DNA from: an uncultured Actinomycetes bacterium
GTDB taxonomy: Bacteria; Actinomycetota; Thermoleophilia; UBA2241
Assembly (NCBI GenBank): GCA_963755025.1
Contig: CAVWIH010000019.1
Coordinates: 51,469 to 115,468, forward strand
Length of the DNA: 64,000 nt
Direction of reading: 5' to 3'
Shown piece after piece: positions 52,233 to 64,000 of this stretch (its first letter is position 1; every line of letters begins with the position of its first letter). Under the pieces are notes generated by a model. That model saw only the letters and a program-made list of their open reading frames with translations. It made no database searches and had not been told where the DNA came from. The translations under genes were made by a program, and so were the position numbers.

Positions 52233-52259
52233 TTAGCACTCTCACGTTGGGAGTGCCAG
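52233..52259 (+). promoter_or_regulatory. CIRCE element (HrcA operator)
   Basis: TTAGCACTC-N9-GAGTGCCAG. An extra half-site CTGGCACTC lies at 52148-52156. Confidence 0.92.
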
Positions 52260-52284
52260 AATCACGACAGAGAAGGAGGGCTGT

Positions 52285-52578
52285 ATGAAGCTGAAGCCGC
52301 TCGAGGACCGCGTCATCATCAAGGCGGTCACGCAAGAAGAGAAGACGCCCAGCGGCATCGTGCTTCCCGACACGGCCAAAGAGAAGCCGATGATCGGCGA
52401 GGTCGTAGCCGTCGGCGAGGGCAAGTGGGACGAAGCCGGCACCAAGCGCATCCCCATGGATGTCAAGGTCGGCGAGAAGGTCATCTACGGCAAGTACTCG
52501 GGCACCGAGTACAAAACGAGCGACGGCGAAGAGCTGCTCATCCTGCGGGTGAGCGAGATCCTCGCCACGGTCAAATAG
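52285..52578 (+). CDS. groES: Co-chaperonin GroES
   Basis: LKPLEDRV, SGIVLPDTAKEKP, KYSGTE. Confidence 0.98.
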   Translation: MKLKPLEDRVIIKAVTQEEKTPSGIVLPDTAKEKPMIGEVVAVGEGKWDEAGTKRIPMDVKVGEKVIYGKYSGTEYKTSDGEELLILRVSEILATVK

Positions 52579-52591
52579 AAGAGGAGGCTGA

Positions 52592-54233
<1,642 letters not shown>

Positions 54234-54279
54234 GACTGAAGAGATAGCGCAAGCTTCTCTCACGTAGCGCACACGCGTC

Positions 54280-54319
54280 GCGGCGGGCGGGCCCATCCGG
54301 GCCCGCCCGCCGCTTTTGT
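54280..54319 (+). terminator. Intrinsic terminator of groESL
   Basis: GCGGCGGGCGGGCCC-ATCC-GGGCCCGCCCGCCGC followed by TTTTGT. Confidence 0.88.
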
Positions 54320-54561
54320 CGGGCTGGTGACCGCCGTCGGCGTGGGCGCCGCCCGGCCGCCCGAGCCGCGCCCCGCCCGGGCGCCTCCCCGTGTCCGCGC
54401 GTCCTCTCTAGAACATCTGTCTAGGCCACGCACGGCGCAACAGGGCCGGCCGTTGCGTGGCGCGCGGCGACGGGCATAGCCTCGAGGTGCCCGGAGGCAC
54501 GGCCTCTGGTGCCCCGCGCGGGCGACGGTGGGCAGCAGGCTGCACGAGCGCACCCGAGGGG

Positions 54562-54792
54562 GTGAGGCGCCACGCAAGAGCCCGCCGTCAGAGAGCTGAT
54601 CGTCACCGGTCCGGCGAGGGAGCGGCTGTTCGACCTGTTCAGCCGGGTCTACGCCGGCCGTCACGACGTGCGCGTCGTCATGGACCGTCGCGGCGAGCCG
54701 CGCCGCCGCTGGGTGCCCAGCCCGACGCCGACCGCCCGCGCGCCGAGCGCCGCCACGAGCCGCCCGCCTGGGTCTTCCCGCCGCCCGACTGA
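54562..54792 (+). CDS. Small hypothetical protein with DRR/ERR Arg-rich motifs (frameshifted, start uncertain)
   Basis: ELIVTGPARERLFDLFSRVYAGRHDVRVVMDRRGEPRRR...ERRHEPPAWVFPPPD*. Confidence 0.45.
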   Translation: MRRHARARRQRADRHRSGEGAAVRPVQPGLRRPSRRARRHGPSRRAAPPLGAQPDADRPRAERRHEPPAWVFPPPD

Positions 54793-55051
54793 CCGCCGTC
54801 GCGGCTGCCGGGCCCGTGCCGCATGCGCCGCGCGACACATCGTCACGACGCGTCTCGGGCAGGCCGGAAACCGCGGTCGCTGTTGCCAGAGCAGGCGACA
54901 AACGGCTCAAGGAATCGGTCGAAGCACTCGACAATGAAGAAGACGCCGAGACTGGCGAGCGGCGCCGGAAGGAGGCGACGGCGTTTGCGCAAGCGATCCG
55001 CGGACCAGCAGACGGCCGCAGCCGCCTGCGCGTTGGCGCTGGCCGCCGCTC

Positions 55052-58031
55052 GTGAGCTGGCGTGTCGCCCAACGACTCGGTGGCCGTCTTCTCTACGCGC
55101 TGCCGGTGCTGGCCGCTGCCCTGCTGCTCTCGTGGCAGGAGGCGGTGGTCAAGCTCGTCGCCGGGTTGTCGCTGTTTCTCGGCGTGCTGGCCTCGAGGGC
55201 GGCGTCCACGTCTATCCGACCGTGCTTGCGCTGGCGGCCGTCTGCGCGCTCGCCCTGCGTGCTCGCGCTGCGCCACCGGCCCGCGCCCGGGCGTGAAGCA
55301 GGCCCTGCCGCACTTCACGCCGGCGGCCGGCATGCTCGGCCGCGTGGCCGCCGACCTCGCCGCCTCGCTCGACCTGCATCACCTGCTCGGCTCGATGGCC
55401 CAGCAGCTCACCGTCGCGGTCGGCGTGTCGCGCTGCGCCATCCTGATGGTCGAAGGCGACCATCTGCGCCTCGCCGCCTCTACGGGACGCGCCCTGGTGG
55501 CGCCGTTCGGCGACGGACGGGGCCACGTGAGCGACTGGCTGCGCGACTTGCGCGAGCCGCTGGTCATGACGCCCGAGAGCCGAGGGGGTCGACAAGGCCG
55601 AGTTCGAGGAGCTCGACGCCCGCAAGATCCTCGCCCTGCCGTTCGTCGCCCAGGGCGAGCTGTTCGGCGTCGCGGTGCTCGACGAGCCCGGCCGCGAGGC
55701 CGACTTCGACGAGGAGCGCATCGGCGTGGGGCAGGCGGTCGCCGGGTTCGCCGCCCTCATGATCAACAACGCGAGCCTCTACGAGCGCCAGCTCCCAGCT
55801 CGCCGCCGAGCTCGCCGAGCGCTCGTCGACCCTCGAGGCCCTGCTGCGCCTGGGCTACGAGCTGCGCGCCACGCTCGACCTCGACCAGGTGCTGCAACGC
55901 GTCGCCGCCACGGTGCTCGAGTCGCTCAGCTACCGGCGAGGTCGACCTGTTCCTCTACGACGAGGCGGCCGAGACCCAGCAGGCGCGCGTGTCGCTGGGC
56001 GGCTCGCCCGAGCTCGCCAGCCACTACCTGACGACGCCCCATCCCCAGGAGCGGTCTTCGACCAGACGATGCGCCCCGAGTTCCGCATGGGCAACTCGTT
56101 CTTCCGGCAGCGCCGGCGCGTGCCGCCGAGCCCCGAAGAACGGCGCCTGCTGCCCGTCACCGACCTGGGCGCGCGCGGCGACGACGAGTGGCAGACCGGC
56201 GACTGCCTGGTCGTGCCCCTGCTGTCGCGCGCCGGCCGCTGCCTGGGGGCGCTCGACGGTCTACGACCCGCTCGACCGCCGCCTGCCCACCATGGAGTCC
56301 ATCCGCGGCGTCGAGATCTTCGCCAACCAGGCCGCGATCGCCATCGAGAACGCCCAGCAGTACGCCGCGCTCGAGGTACAGGAGCTGCGCCTCGAGCGCC
56401 AGCTGCAGTCGCAGCAGGACCTCGTGCGGGTGAGCGAATCGATCCTCTCGACCCTCGACGAGCAGGTCGTCTTCGAGTCGATCACCGAGAAGCTGCGCCT
56501 GCTCGTCGAGTACGACACGCTGGCCATCAGCAAGGTCGAATGGGACACGCGCCGTATCGTCACCGTGTGGGCGCGCGACGAGTACGCCCAGGAGCTGATC
56601 GACAACCCGATCAGCGTAGAGCAGGGCCTCTGGGGATGGGCCGTGACCCACGACGAGGCCCTGCTGTGCAACACCGCGCACGACGACCCGCGCGCCAACC
56701 AGGTGCCCGACACGCCGGTCGAGCCGCAGGCCTCGATCGTGCTGCCGCTCCACGTCATGAACAAGGTGATCGGCGTGCTCAACCTCGACCGCCTCGGCGG
56801 CAAGACCTTCACCGACGAGGAGTTCGAGCTCGTCAAGCCGTTCGCCAACCTCGCCGCCATCGCCATCGAGAACGCCTCGCTCTACGAGCGCAGCCAGCTG
56901 CGCGCCGTCACCGACCCGCTGACCGGCCTTTACAACCACGGCCACTTTCAGGAGACCCTCGAGCACGAGGTGCGTCGCTGCGAGCGCTACGGCGACAGCT
57001 TCTCGCTGCTCATGCTCGACCTCGACCACTTCAAGGGGGTCAACGACCGCTTCGGTCACCCCCGCGGCGACGCCGTGCTGCGCGAGGTCGCCCAGGTCCT
57101 GTCCGACACCACGCGCGAGGCCGACTACGCGGCCCGCTACGGCGGCGAGGAGTTCGCCGCGCTGCTGCCCAAGACCTCGTCCGAAGACGCCCGCCAGCTC
57201 GCCGATCGCATCCGCGCGCGGGTGCGCGAGATCGAGGTCGAGCAGGGCGACGCGTTCCGCGTGTCGGCCTCGATCGGCGTCGCCGACTTTCCCGCCTGCG
57301 GCCTCGACGCCAAGACCATCCTGGGGGCGGCCGACACGGCGCTGCTGTGGGCCAAGCGGCGCGGGCGCAACTGCGTGCTCTACTACCGCGACGTGCGCGA
57401 GATGATGGAGGCGCGCCCCAGCGACGAGTCGGGCGAGCGCTCCTGGCGCAACGGCATCGAGGTGCTGGCCGCCGCGGTCGACGCCAAGGCGAGCTACCGC
57501 GAGCACCACGGCGACGCCGTCGCCGAGATGGTGCGCGAGCTCGGGCAGTGCGCCGGTCTGCCCGACGCCGACCGCGCCATCTACGAGGTGGCGGCGCGCC
57601 TGCACGACGTCGGCAAGGTCGGCATCCGCGCCGAGCTCCTCGAGAAGAGCGATCGCCTGAGCGACGCCGACCGCAGCGAGCTGCGCCGCCACGTCGAGCT
57701 CGGCGTCGACATCTTCACCAACGCCGAGGCGCCCAGCGAGTTCATCGAGATCGTGCGGCACCACCACGAGCGTTGGGACGGCCGCGGCTACCCCGACGGC
57801 CTGCGCGCCGACGAGATCCCCATGGGGGCGCGGCTGGTCGCCATCGGCGACGCGTTCCAGGCGATGCTGTCCGACCGGCCCTACCGCGCGGCCCTCAGCC
57901 TCGAAGAGGCGCGCGCCGAGATCCGCGCCGGCGCCGGGGTGCAGTTCGACCCGGTGCTGGCCCGCCTGTTCCTCGACCAGTGCCGCACCTCGGGCGCGCC
58001 CGCGCCGCCGCCGGCGGCCGTCGGCGACTGA
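55052..58031 (+). CDS. Membrane-anchored multi-GAF diguanylate cyclase/HD-GYP phosphodiesterase (frameshifted)
   Basis: TM segments, three GAF-like repeats (e.g. FANQAAIAIEN), TDPLTGL, READ..RYGGEEF, LHDVGK, HHERWDGRGYP. Start uncertain. Confidence 0.9.
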
Positions 58032-58256
58032 CCCACTGCCCGCGCCGGTCGTCGCCGCCGGGCGCCGGCCGTCGCCGCCCGGGTCGGCCGTCGCCGTCCG
58101 GCCATCGCCGCCTGGGCTCCCCGACGGCGCTACGGTTGGCAACCCCTCCGCGCGCTCTGTAAGATACGAGCCCCGGTCAACGCTAGTCCGGCGCCTTCGG
58201 CTTGCCGTCGGCGCCCAGGCCGAACTCGCATCACAAAAGTCGTGGAGGTAGTGGTC

Positions 58257-59063
58257 ATGCTGTTGGTAGGCGAATCGATCAACGGGACTCGCAAGCAGGT
58301 CGGCGAAGCCATTCAGGCGCGTGACGCCGAGTTCATCAAGACGCTCGCGACCGACCAGGTCACGGCCGGCGCGAACATCCTCGACGTCAACGGCGGCGTG
58401 GCCGGCGGCAACGAGGTCGACGACCTTCTCTGGCTCATCGCCACCGTGCGGAGCGTCACCGACAACCAGCTCATGATCGACTCCGCCAGCCCCGCCGCCC
58501 TGCAGGCCGGCGTCGAAGCGGCCATCAAAGACGGCGGCAAGATCCCGCACATCAACTCCATCAGCGGCGAGCAGAGCCGCATCGACACGGTGCTGCCGCT
58601 GGTCGAGAAGTACAAGTGCCCGGTCGTCGCCCTCTGCCTGAACGACGAAGGCATCCCCTGCACCGCCGAAGACCGCTTCGCCGTCGCCAAGATGCTCCAC
58701 GACAAGCTCGCCGCAGCCGGCCTGCCCGCCGAGGACATGTGGTTCGACCCGCTGGTCATGACCGTCTCCGCCGATTCCACGGCGGCCCTCGTGACCATGG
58801 GCACCCTGGCGCTCATCAAGGCCAACCTGCCGGGCGTGCGCTCGACGGGCGGCCTCAGCAACGTCAGCTTCGGGCTGCCCAACCGCCCGCTGCTCAACCG
58901 CACCTTCGTCTCCATGTGCGCCGGCATCGGCATCGACGGCGCCGTGCTCGACGTGCGCAACAAGCAGATGATGGCCACCATCAAGGCCGTCGAAGCGCTG
59001 CGCAACGAAGACAGCTTCTGCGGCAACTACCTCAAGGCCCACCGCGCGGGGCTGCTCGAATAG
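58257..59063 (+). CDS. Methyltetrahydrofolate:corrinoid methyltransferase (AcsE/MeTr-like pterin-binding TIM barrel)
   Basis: VGESING, LDVNGG, IDS, INSISGE, FDPLV, GLSNVSFGLP.R..LNRTF. Confidence 0.88.
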   Translation: MLLVGESINGTRKQVGEAIQARDAEFIKTLATDQVTAGANILDVNGGVAGGNEVDDLLWLIATVRSVTDNQLMIDSASPAALQAGVEAAIKDGGKIPHINSISGEQSRIDTVLPLVEKYKCPVVALCLNDEGIPCTAEDRFAVAKMLHDKLAAAGLPAEDMWFDPLVMTVSADSTAALVTMGTLALIKANLPGVRSTGGLSNVSFGLPNRPLLNRTFVSMCAGIGIDGAVLDVRNKQMMATIKAVEALRNEDSFCGNYLKAHRAGLLE

Positions 59064-59116
59064 CACGACCTCTCCGGTAGCCGGCCCACGGGTCGCGTTG
59101 CCGGTACGTCTCCGGT

Positions 59117-59172
59117 GCGCTGGGGGCGGACCGTCGCCTTGCAGGCGACGGTCCGCCCCCAGCGCCGTTTTG
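59117..59172 (+). terminator. Long perfect hairpin terminator after the methyltransferase
   Basis: 23-bp perfect stem (59117-59139 with 59143-59165), then CGTTTT. Confidence 0.8.
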
Positions 59173-59438
59173 GCCACGTGCCACGCGACTTTTAGGCCGC
59201 CCCTGACCGCGCGAGTTGCGGTAGACTGCACCGCAGACTGACCCGAGGCGAGGTAGCATCGCGGCCGGCCGGCCCACCCGGGTCGCGTCCCGCGAGACCG
59301 CTTGCCTTCGGACCGTCTCTCTTGCACACTGGGCAGCAGCGCGCCGTGGCCAATGCCACGAGCCGCGCCGGGATGCCATGAGAGGAGGGGGAATGGGCGC
59401 GATGGCCACCGCATCGCTTTGTTTCATGCGCTCGCGCC

Positions 59439-60416
59439 TTGGATAAGCGGCGCTACTTCATCCGCAAGATCCTGAACGCGCTGCTCACGATCGTCCTCAT
59501 CGCGTCGTTCAACTTCGTGCTCTTTCGCATTCTGCCCGGCGACCCCGCCCGGCTGCTCGTCCCCAAGGGCCGCTTCTCCATGGACGCCCTCGCCAAAGAA
59601 CGCGCCCTCTTCCACCTCAACAAGTCGCATGTCCCGAGCAGTTCGTCTACTACTGGAAGGACACCGTCCAGCCTGAAGTTCGGCGATTCGTTCGCCGAGA
59701 AGCGGCCCGTGGTCCAGGTGGTCGGCGAGCGCATCTGGCCCACCGTCCTGCTGGTCGGCACGGGCACCATCATCGCCACCATCGTCGGGGCTCATCACGG
59801 GGGTGATCGCCGGCTGGCGGCGCAACAGCACGCTTCGACGTGGTCACCACCAACACCGGCATGATCATGTACTCCATGCCGACCTTCTGGGTCTGCCTCA
59901 TCTTCATCATGATCTTCGCCACGTGGTTACGCTGGTTCCCTGTGGGGCGCATGTACGACCCGGGCGTGGTCTACACGAGCTGGTTCGGGCAGCTCGAAGC
60001 CCTGCTGCACCACCTCTTCCTGCCGGCCTTCACCTTCGCCATCACCTACATGGGCGAGTACCACCTGATCGTGCGCAGCTCGCTGACCGGCGTCATGAAA
60101 GAGGACTACGTGCTCACGGCGCGCGCCAAGGGCCTGTCCGACAGCAACGTGCTCTGGCGCCACGTCGCGCCCAACGCCATGCTGCCCACCGTCACGCTCG
60201 TCATGATGAACATCGGCTTCGTGCATGTCGGGGGCGATCCTCACCGAGGCGGTCTTCAACTGGCCGGGGCTGGGCCTGCTGTCGTACGACTCCATGGTGC
60301 AGCGTGACTACCCGGTCATGCAGGCGGTGTTCCTGCTGGGCAGCGTCGCCGTCATCCTCGCCAACCTGATCGCCGACATCATGTACTACTACCTCGACCC
60401 CCGGGTGAAGGCATGA
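59439..60416 (+). CDS. Opp/Dpp-family ABC permease B (frameshifted)
   Basis: FRILPGDPA, YSMPTFW, EDYVLTARAKGL, TEAVFNWPGLG, RDYP, ADIMYYYLDPRVK. Confidence 0.9.
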
Positions 60417-61878
60417 TCCCCCGGCGGCTGCGCACCTGGATCCTGTGCTGGACGCCGCTCGTCTGGCTCGTGCTCGAGCTGGTCACCTACCCCAAGGACC
60501 GGCCGCTGCACACGGGCCTCGCCCATGTGCTCGCCGGCTTCTTCTCGGCCGACGTGGCCAGCTACCCGGCCTACGATCCCGGCGGTCGTGGGGCTCGTCC
60601 TGGGGGGCTTTGGCGCACTCAAGCTGGCGCGCCAGACGACGCGCTCGGCGTTCCCCTGGGTGCTGCATCGGCGGCGCCGCGATCTGCGCGGCGTGGTTCG
60701 TCGCGGCCAGCGGGCTGGCGACCGGGCACTTCTCGCTCTCCGGGCGCGACACCAGCCATCGCCTGGCTGTTCCAGACGCTGCTCGTCGTGGCCCTCGCGC
60801 GCCGCCGTGTGGGCCTGGGGCGCCGCCAATCCCGAGCGCGCCGAGCTCACGGTCTGGAACACCCGCCAGATCTGGCGCCTGTACCGCTCGAACTGGCAGG
60901 GCATGGCGGGCCTCGTACATCCTGGCCGTTCTTCGTCGGCCATGGCGCTGCTGGCGCCGTTCCTCGCCGACCACGCGCTGCTCGACCCGACCGCTCAGGT
61001 CGGCCCCACCTTCGCCCCGCCGACCCTGCACTACTACCAGCTGGTTCGGCATGACCGAGCAGGGCATGTCGGTGCTCGCCGAGTTCATCTGGAGCGCGCG
61101 CATCTCGCTCATGGTGGGCCTGTCGGCGGCCGCCATCTCGACCGTGCTGGGGGCCGGCATCGGCATCGCCGCCGGCTACTACGGCGGCTGGCGCGGCGAG
61201 ATCTGCATGCGTCTCACCGACGTCTTCCTGGTCATCCCCTGGCTGCCGCTGGCCATGGTGCTGGCCGCCGCCTGGGGCGCAGAACTACTACATCATCGTG
61301 CTCATCATCGGCATCACGAGCTGGCCGGGCACCGCCCGCGTGGTGCGCGCCGACGCCCTGCGCGTGCGCGAGCTGCAGTTCATCGAGCGCGGCCGCGCCA
61401 TCGGTTCGAGCAACTGGCACATCATGCAGAAGCACGTGCTGCCCAACGTCTTCCCGCTGATCTTCGCCAACACCATCCTGGTGGTGGCCATCGCCATCCT
61501 CGCCGAGACCACCCTGTCGTTCCTCGGCCTCGGCGACCCGCTCAACTTCAGCTGGGGCACCATGCTGCACTACGCCTGGGAGTCGGGCGCCGCCGGCCTG
61601 CCGGCCTGGTGGTACCTGCTGCCGCCGGGCATCGCCATCGTGCTGCGTGGTGCTGGCCTTCACGTTCATGGGCACGGCCTTCGACGAGGTCCTCGATCCC
61701 AAGCTGCGCAAGCGCGAAGAGAGCGGCGGACGGCCCGACGAAGGTCCCGACCGCCTCATCACGCTGGGCGGCGGCGCCGGCGGCACCGAGGTCAGCCTCG
61801 ACACGCCGGGGGGCGGCATCTGGCCGGGTCCCGCGACCGACTGGGATCCGCACAGCGAACGAGGGAGGGCGGCGATGA
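60413..61878 (+). CDS. Opp/Dpp-family ABC permease C with an extra N-terminal membrane region (frameshifted)
   Basis: ARISLMVGL, MRLTDVFL, ARVVRA...FIERGRAIG, KHVLPNV, LSFLGLG, SWGTML, DPKLR. Confidence 0.88.
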
Positions 61879-62894
61879 GCAAGGTCGAGTCCGCCGTTGC
61901 GGCTACCCCGGCGGCCGCCAAGGGTCAGCCCATCGAGCACGACGGCATCCTCGACGTGCGCGACCTCAAGGCCTACTTCAAGCTGCGCGACGGCGACGTC
62001 AAGGCGGTCGACGGCGTGAGCTTCATGGTCGAGCACGGCAAGAGCCTGGGCCTGGCCGGCGAATCGGGCTGCGGCAAGACCACCGCCGCCCTGGCCATCC
62101 TCAAGCTGCTGCCCGAGAACGGCCGCATCGTCAGCGGCGAGATCCTCTTCGACGGCAAGAACCTGGCCAAGCGCACCGAGTACGGCATGAGCAAGGTGCG
62201 CTGGAAGGACATCTCGATCATCTTCCAGGGCGCCATGAACGCCCTGAACCCGGTGCAGCCGGTCGGCAAGCAGATCGCCGAGCCGATCGTCATCCACGAA
62301 GGCGTCTCCGAGAACAAGGCCATGGTCCGCGCCCGCGAGCTCTTCGACCTGGTGGGCATCAACCCCAAGCGCGTCACCGAGTTCCCCCACGAGATGTCGG
62401 GCGGCATGCGCCAGCGCGCCATGATCGCCATGGCCCTGGCCTGCAACCCCAAGCTCATCATCGGCGACGAGCCCACCACGGCGCTCGACGTCATGGTCCA
62501 GGCCCAGATCCTCGAGCTCATCGAGCGCCTGCGCCACGAGCTCGACCTGTCGTTCATCCTCATCAGCCACGACCTCTCGGTCATGGCCGAGACCTGCGAC
62601 ACGGGCGTCATCATGTACGCCGGCAAGGTCGTCGAGGCCGGCACCACGACCAAGATCTTCAACAACGCCCAGCATCCCTACACCAGACAGCTCATCCAGC
62701 GCCTTTCCCAACATCCACGAGACTCGCGAGATGGTGAGCTCGATCGCCGGCGACCCGCCCAACCTGCTGAACCCGCCGCCGGGCTGCCGCTTCTTCCCGC
62801 GCTGCTGCGAGGGCGAGCCGGCCTGCATCGAGACCGAGCAGGAGATGGTCGAGCTCGACCCGGGCACTTCGCGCGCTGCTGGAAGGTGGCCTAG
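61875..62894 (+). CDS. Opp/Dpp-family ABC ATPase D (frameshift near 62700)
   Basis: [41 protein letters not shown]. Confidence 0.92.
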   Translation: MSKVESAVAATPAAAKGQPIEHDGILDVRDLKAYFKLRDGDVKAVDGVSFMVEHGKSLGLAGESGCGKTTAALAILKLLPENGRIVSGEILFDGKNLAKRTEYGMSKVRWKDISIIFQGAMNALNPVQPVGKQIAEPIVIHEGVSENKAMVRARELFDLVGINPKRVTEFPHEMSGGMRQRAMIAMALACNPKLIIGDEPTTALDVMVQAQILELIERLRHELDLSFILISHDLSVMAETCDTGVIMYAGKVVEAGTTTKIFNNAQHPYTRQLIQRLSQHPRDSRDGELDRRRPAQPAEPAAGLPLLPALLRGRAGLHRDRAGDGRARPGHFARCWKVA

Positions 62895-64000
62895 ATGGAG
62901 CGACCCACACACGCGCCACCCCGGTGGCCGAGGTCGCCCAGCGAAAAGAGAAGGTCAAGTCCGGCGCCATCGGTCGCAAGGAGCTGCGCAACGCGTAGCG
63001 TCATCGGGCGCCGACCTCTACGACATCCGCGGCCTCGAGGTCTTCTTTCCGGTGCGCCAGTCGTTCTTCAAGTCGATGGTGGCCACCGAGAAACACTGGG
63101 TGCGCGCCGTCGACGGCGTCTCCTTCACCATCGGCGCCGGCGAGATCCTCGCCCTGGTGGGCGAATCGGGTTGCGGCAAGACGACGACGGGGCGCACGCT
63201 GCTGGGCCTCGAAAAGCAGACCGGCGGCCAGATCTTCTACAAGGGCCTCGAGGTCGGCAAGTTCACGCCGGGCGCCATCCGCGACTACCGGCGCAACTGC
63301 CAGATCATCTTCCAGGACCCCTACAACGCCATCAACCCCAAGCACACCATCTTCGACATCGTCGCCGAGCCGCTGGTCGTCAACCACCTCGTGACCGGCG
63401 AGCGCGAAAAAGAGGAGCGCGTGGTGCGGGCGCTCGAAGAGGCCGGCCTGCGGCCGGCCCGCGACTACCTCTACCGCTATCCCCACGAGCTCTCCGGCGG
63501 CCAGCGCCAGCGCGTCTGTATCGCCGGCGCCATCGTGCTCGAGCCCGACATGATCGTCGCCGACGAGCCGGTGGCCAGCCTCGACGTCTCGATCCGCAAC
63601 GACATCCTCAAGCTCATGGTGCAGCACAAGAACGAGCTCGGGGTGACCTACCTGTTCATCACCCACGACCTCTCGCTGGCCTGGGTCATCTCCGACCGCA
63701 TCGCCGTCATGTACCTGGGCAAGATCGTCGAGATCGGCGAGACCGAAGAGGTCGTCGCCAACCCGCAGCACCCCTACACCAAGGCGCTGATCTCGGTGAT
63801 CCCGGTGCCCGACCCGACGGCCAAGCGCGAGCGCACCATCCTCACCGGCGAGACGCCCAACCCGGCGGCCATCCCGACCGGCTGCCGGTTCCACCCGCGC
63901 TGCCCCGAGGTCATGGACATCTGCTCCGAGCAATCGCCCGTCGACGTGCAGATCCGCGGCACGCACTACGCCGCCTGCCTGCGCCTGAACGGTCAGCACT
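62895..64000 (+). CDS. Opp/Dpp-family ABC ATPase F (N-terminal indel; runs to the window end)
   Basis: [54 protein letters not shown]. Confidence 0.9.
   Translation, partial: MERPTHAPPRWPRSPSEKRRSSPAPSVARSCATRSVIGRRPLRHPRPRGLLSGAPVVLQVDGGHRETLGARRRRRLLHHRRRRDPRPGGRIGLRQDDDGAHAAGPRKADRRPDLLQGPRGRQVHAGRHPRLPAQLPDHLPGPLQRHQPQAHHLRHRRRAAGRQPPRDRRARKRGARGAGARRGRPAAGPRLPLPLSPRALRRPAPARLYRRRHRARARHDRRRRAGGQPRRLDPQRHPQAHGAAQERARGDLPVHHPRPLAGLGHLRPHRRHVPGQDRRDRRDRRGRRQPAAPLHQGADLGDPGARPDGQARAHHPHRRDAQPGGHPDRLPVPPALPRGHGHLLRAIARRRADPRHALRRLPAPERSA

Noticed and set aside
54850-54900. c-di-GMP-I riboswitch upstream of the GGDEF gene
   Set aside because: Only fragments (GGAAA, GTTGCC) are present. The GCAAA junctions and the two-stem architecture are missing.
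56157-59414. Long antisense or alternate-frame ORFs (this one and e.g. 16181..17869, 31700..33420)
   Set aside because: Shadow ORFs typical of high-GC DNA. They overlap well-supported genes and have no motifs.
61647-62894. OppC tail fused to OppD
   Set aside because: An RBS and ATGA overlap at 61875-61878 indicate separate genes with an upstream indel.

Overview
Chromosomal core region of a very GC-rich bacterium. The gene order rplM-rpsI-glmM-glmS-acpS-nnr-CBS-alr...udg-tsaE-tsaB-rimI-tsaD...groES-groEL, a CIRCE operator and several leaderless-type promoters suggest a deep-branching Actinomycetota such as Thermoleophilia (inference). Contents, in order: purC, mscL, the rpsF-ssb-rpsR-rplI-dnaB operon with an S6:S18 leader, an orphan TadA/VirB11-like ATPase, two aldehyde dehydrogenases, a Moco cluster, a ccmEFABCD-hemACD operon, a glmS ribozyme ahead of glmS, CCA/mutM/DUF123, a pan-yjbQ-hps/rraA cluster, the tsa genes, ALS, an APC permease, dtd, groESL, a GAF-GGDEF-HD-GYP protein, an AcsE-like methyltransferase and an Opp/Dpp ABC operon that runs off the window end. 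Many genes, including essential ones, carry single-base frameshifts that are most likely long-read consensus errors. I found no tRNA, rRNA, transposase or CRISPR-Cas. The most unexplained feature is a ~430-bp head-to-head array of ~48-nt repeats (4 direct + 4 inverted) between mogA and a degenerate SatD-like gene. Other notable items are the glmS ribozyme with a uORF whose stop codon ends at the cleavage site, and a polytopic membrane protein fused to a winged helix, with a palindrome upstream.
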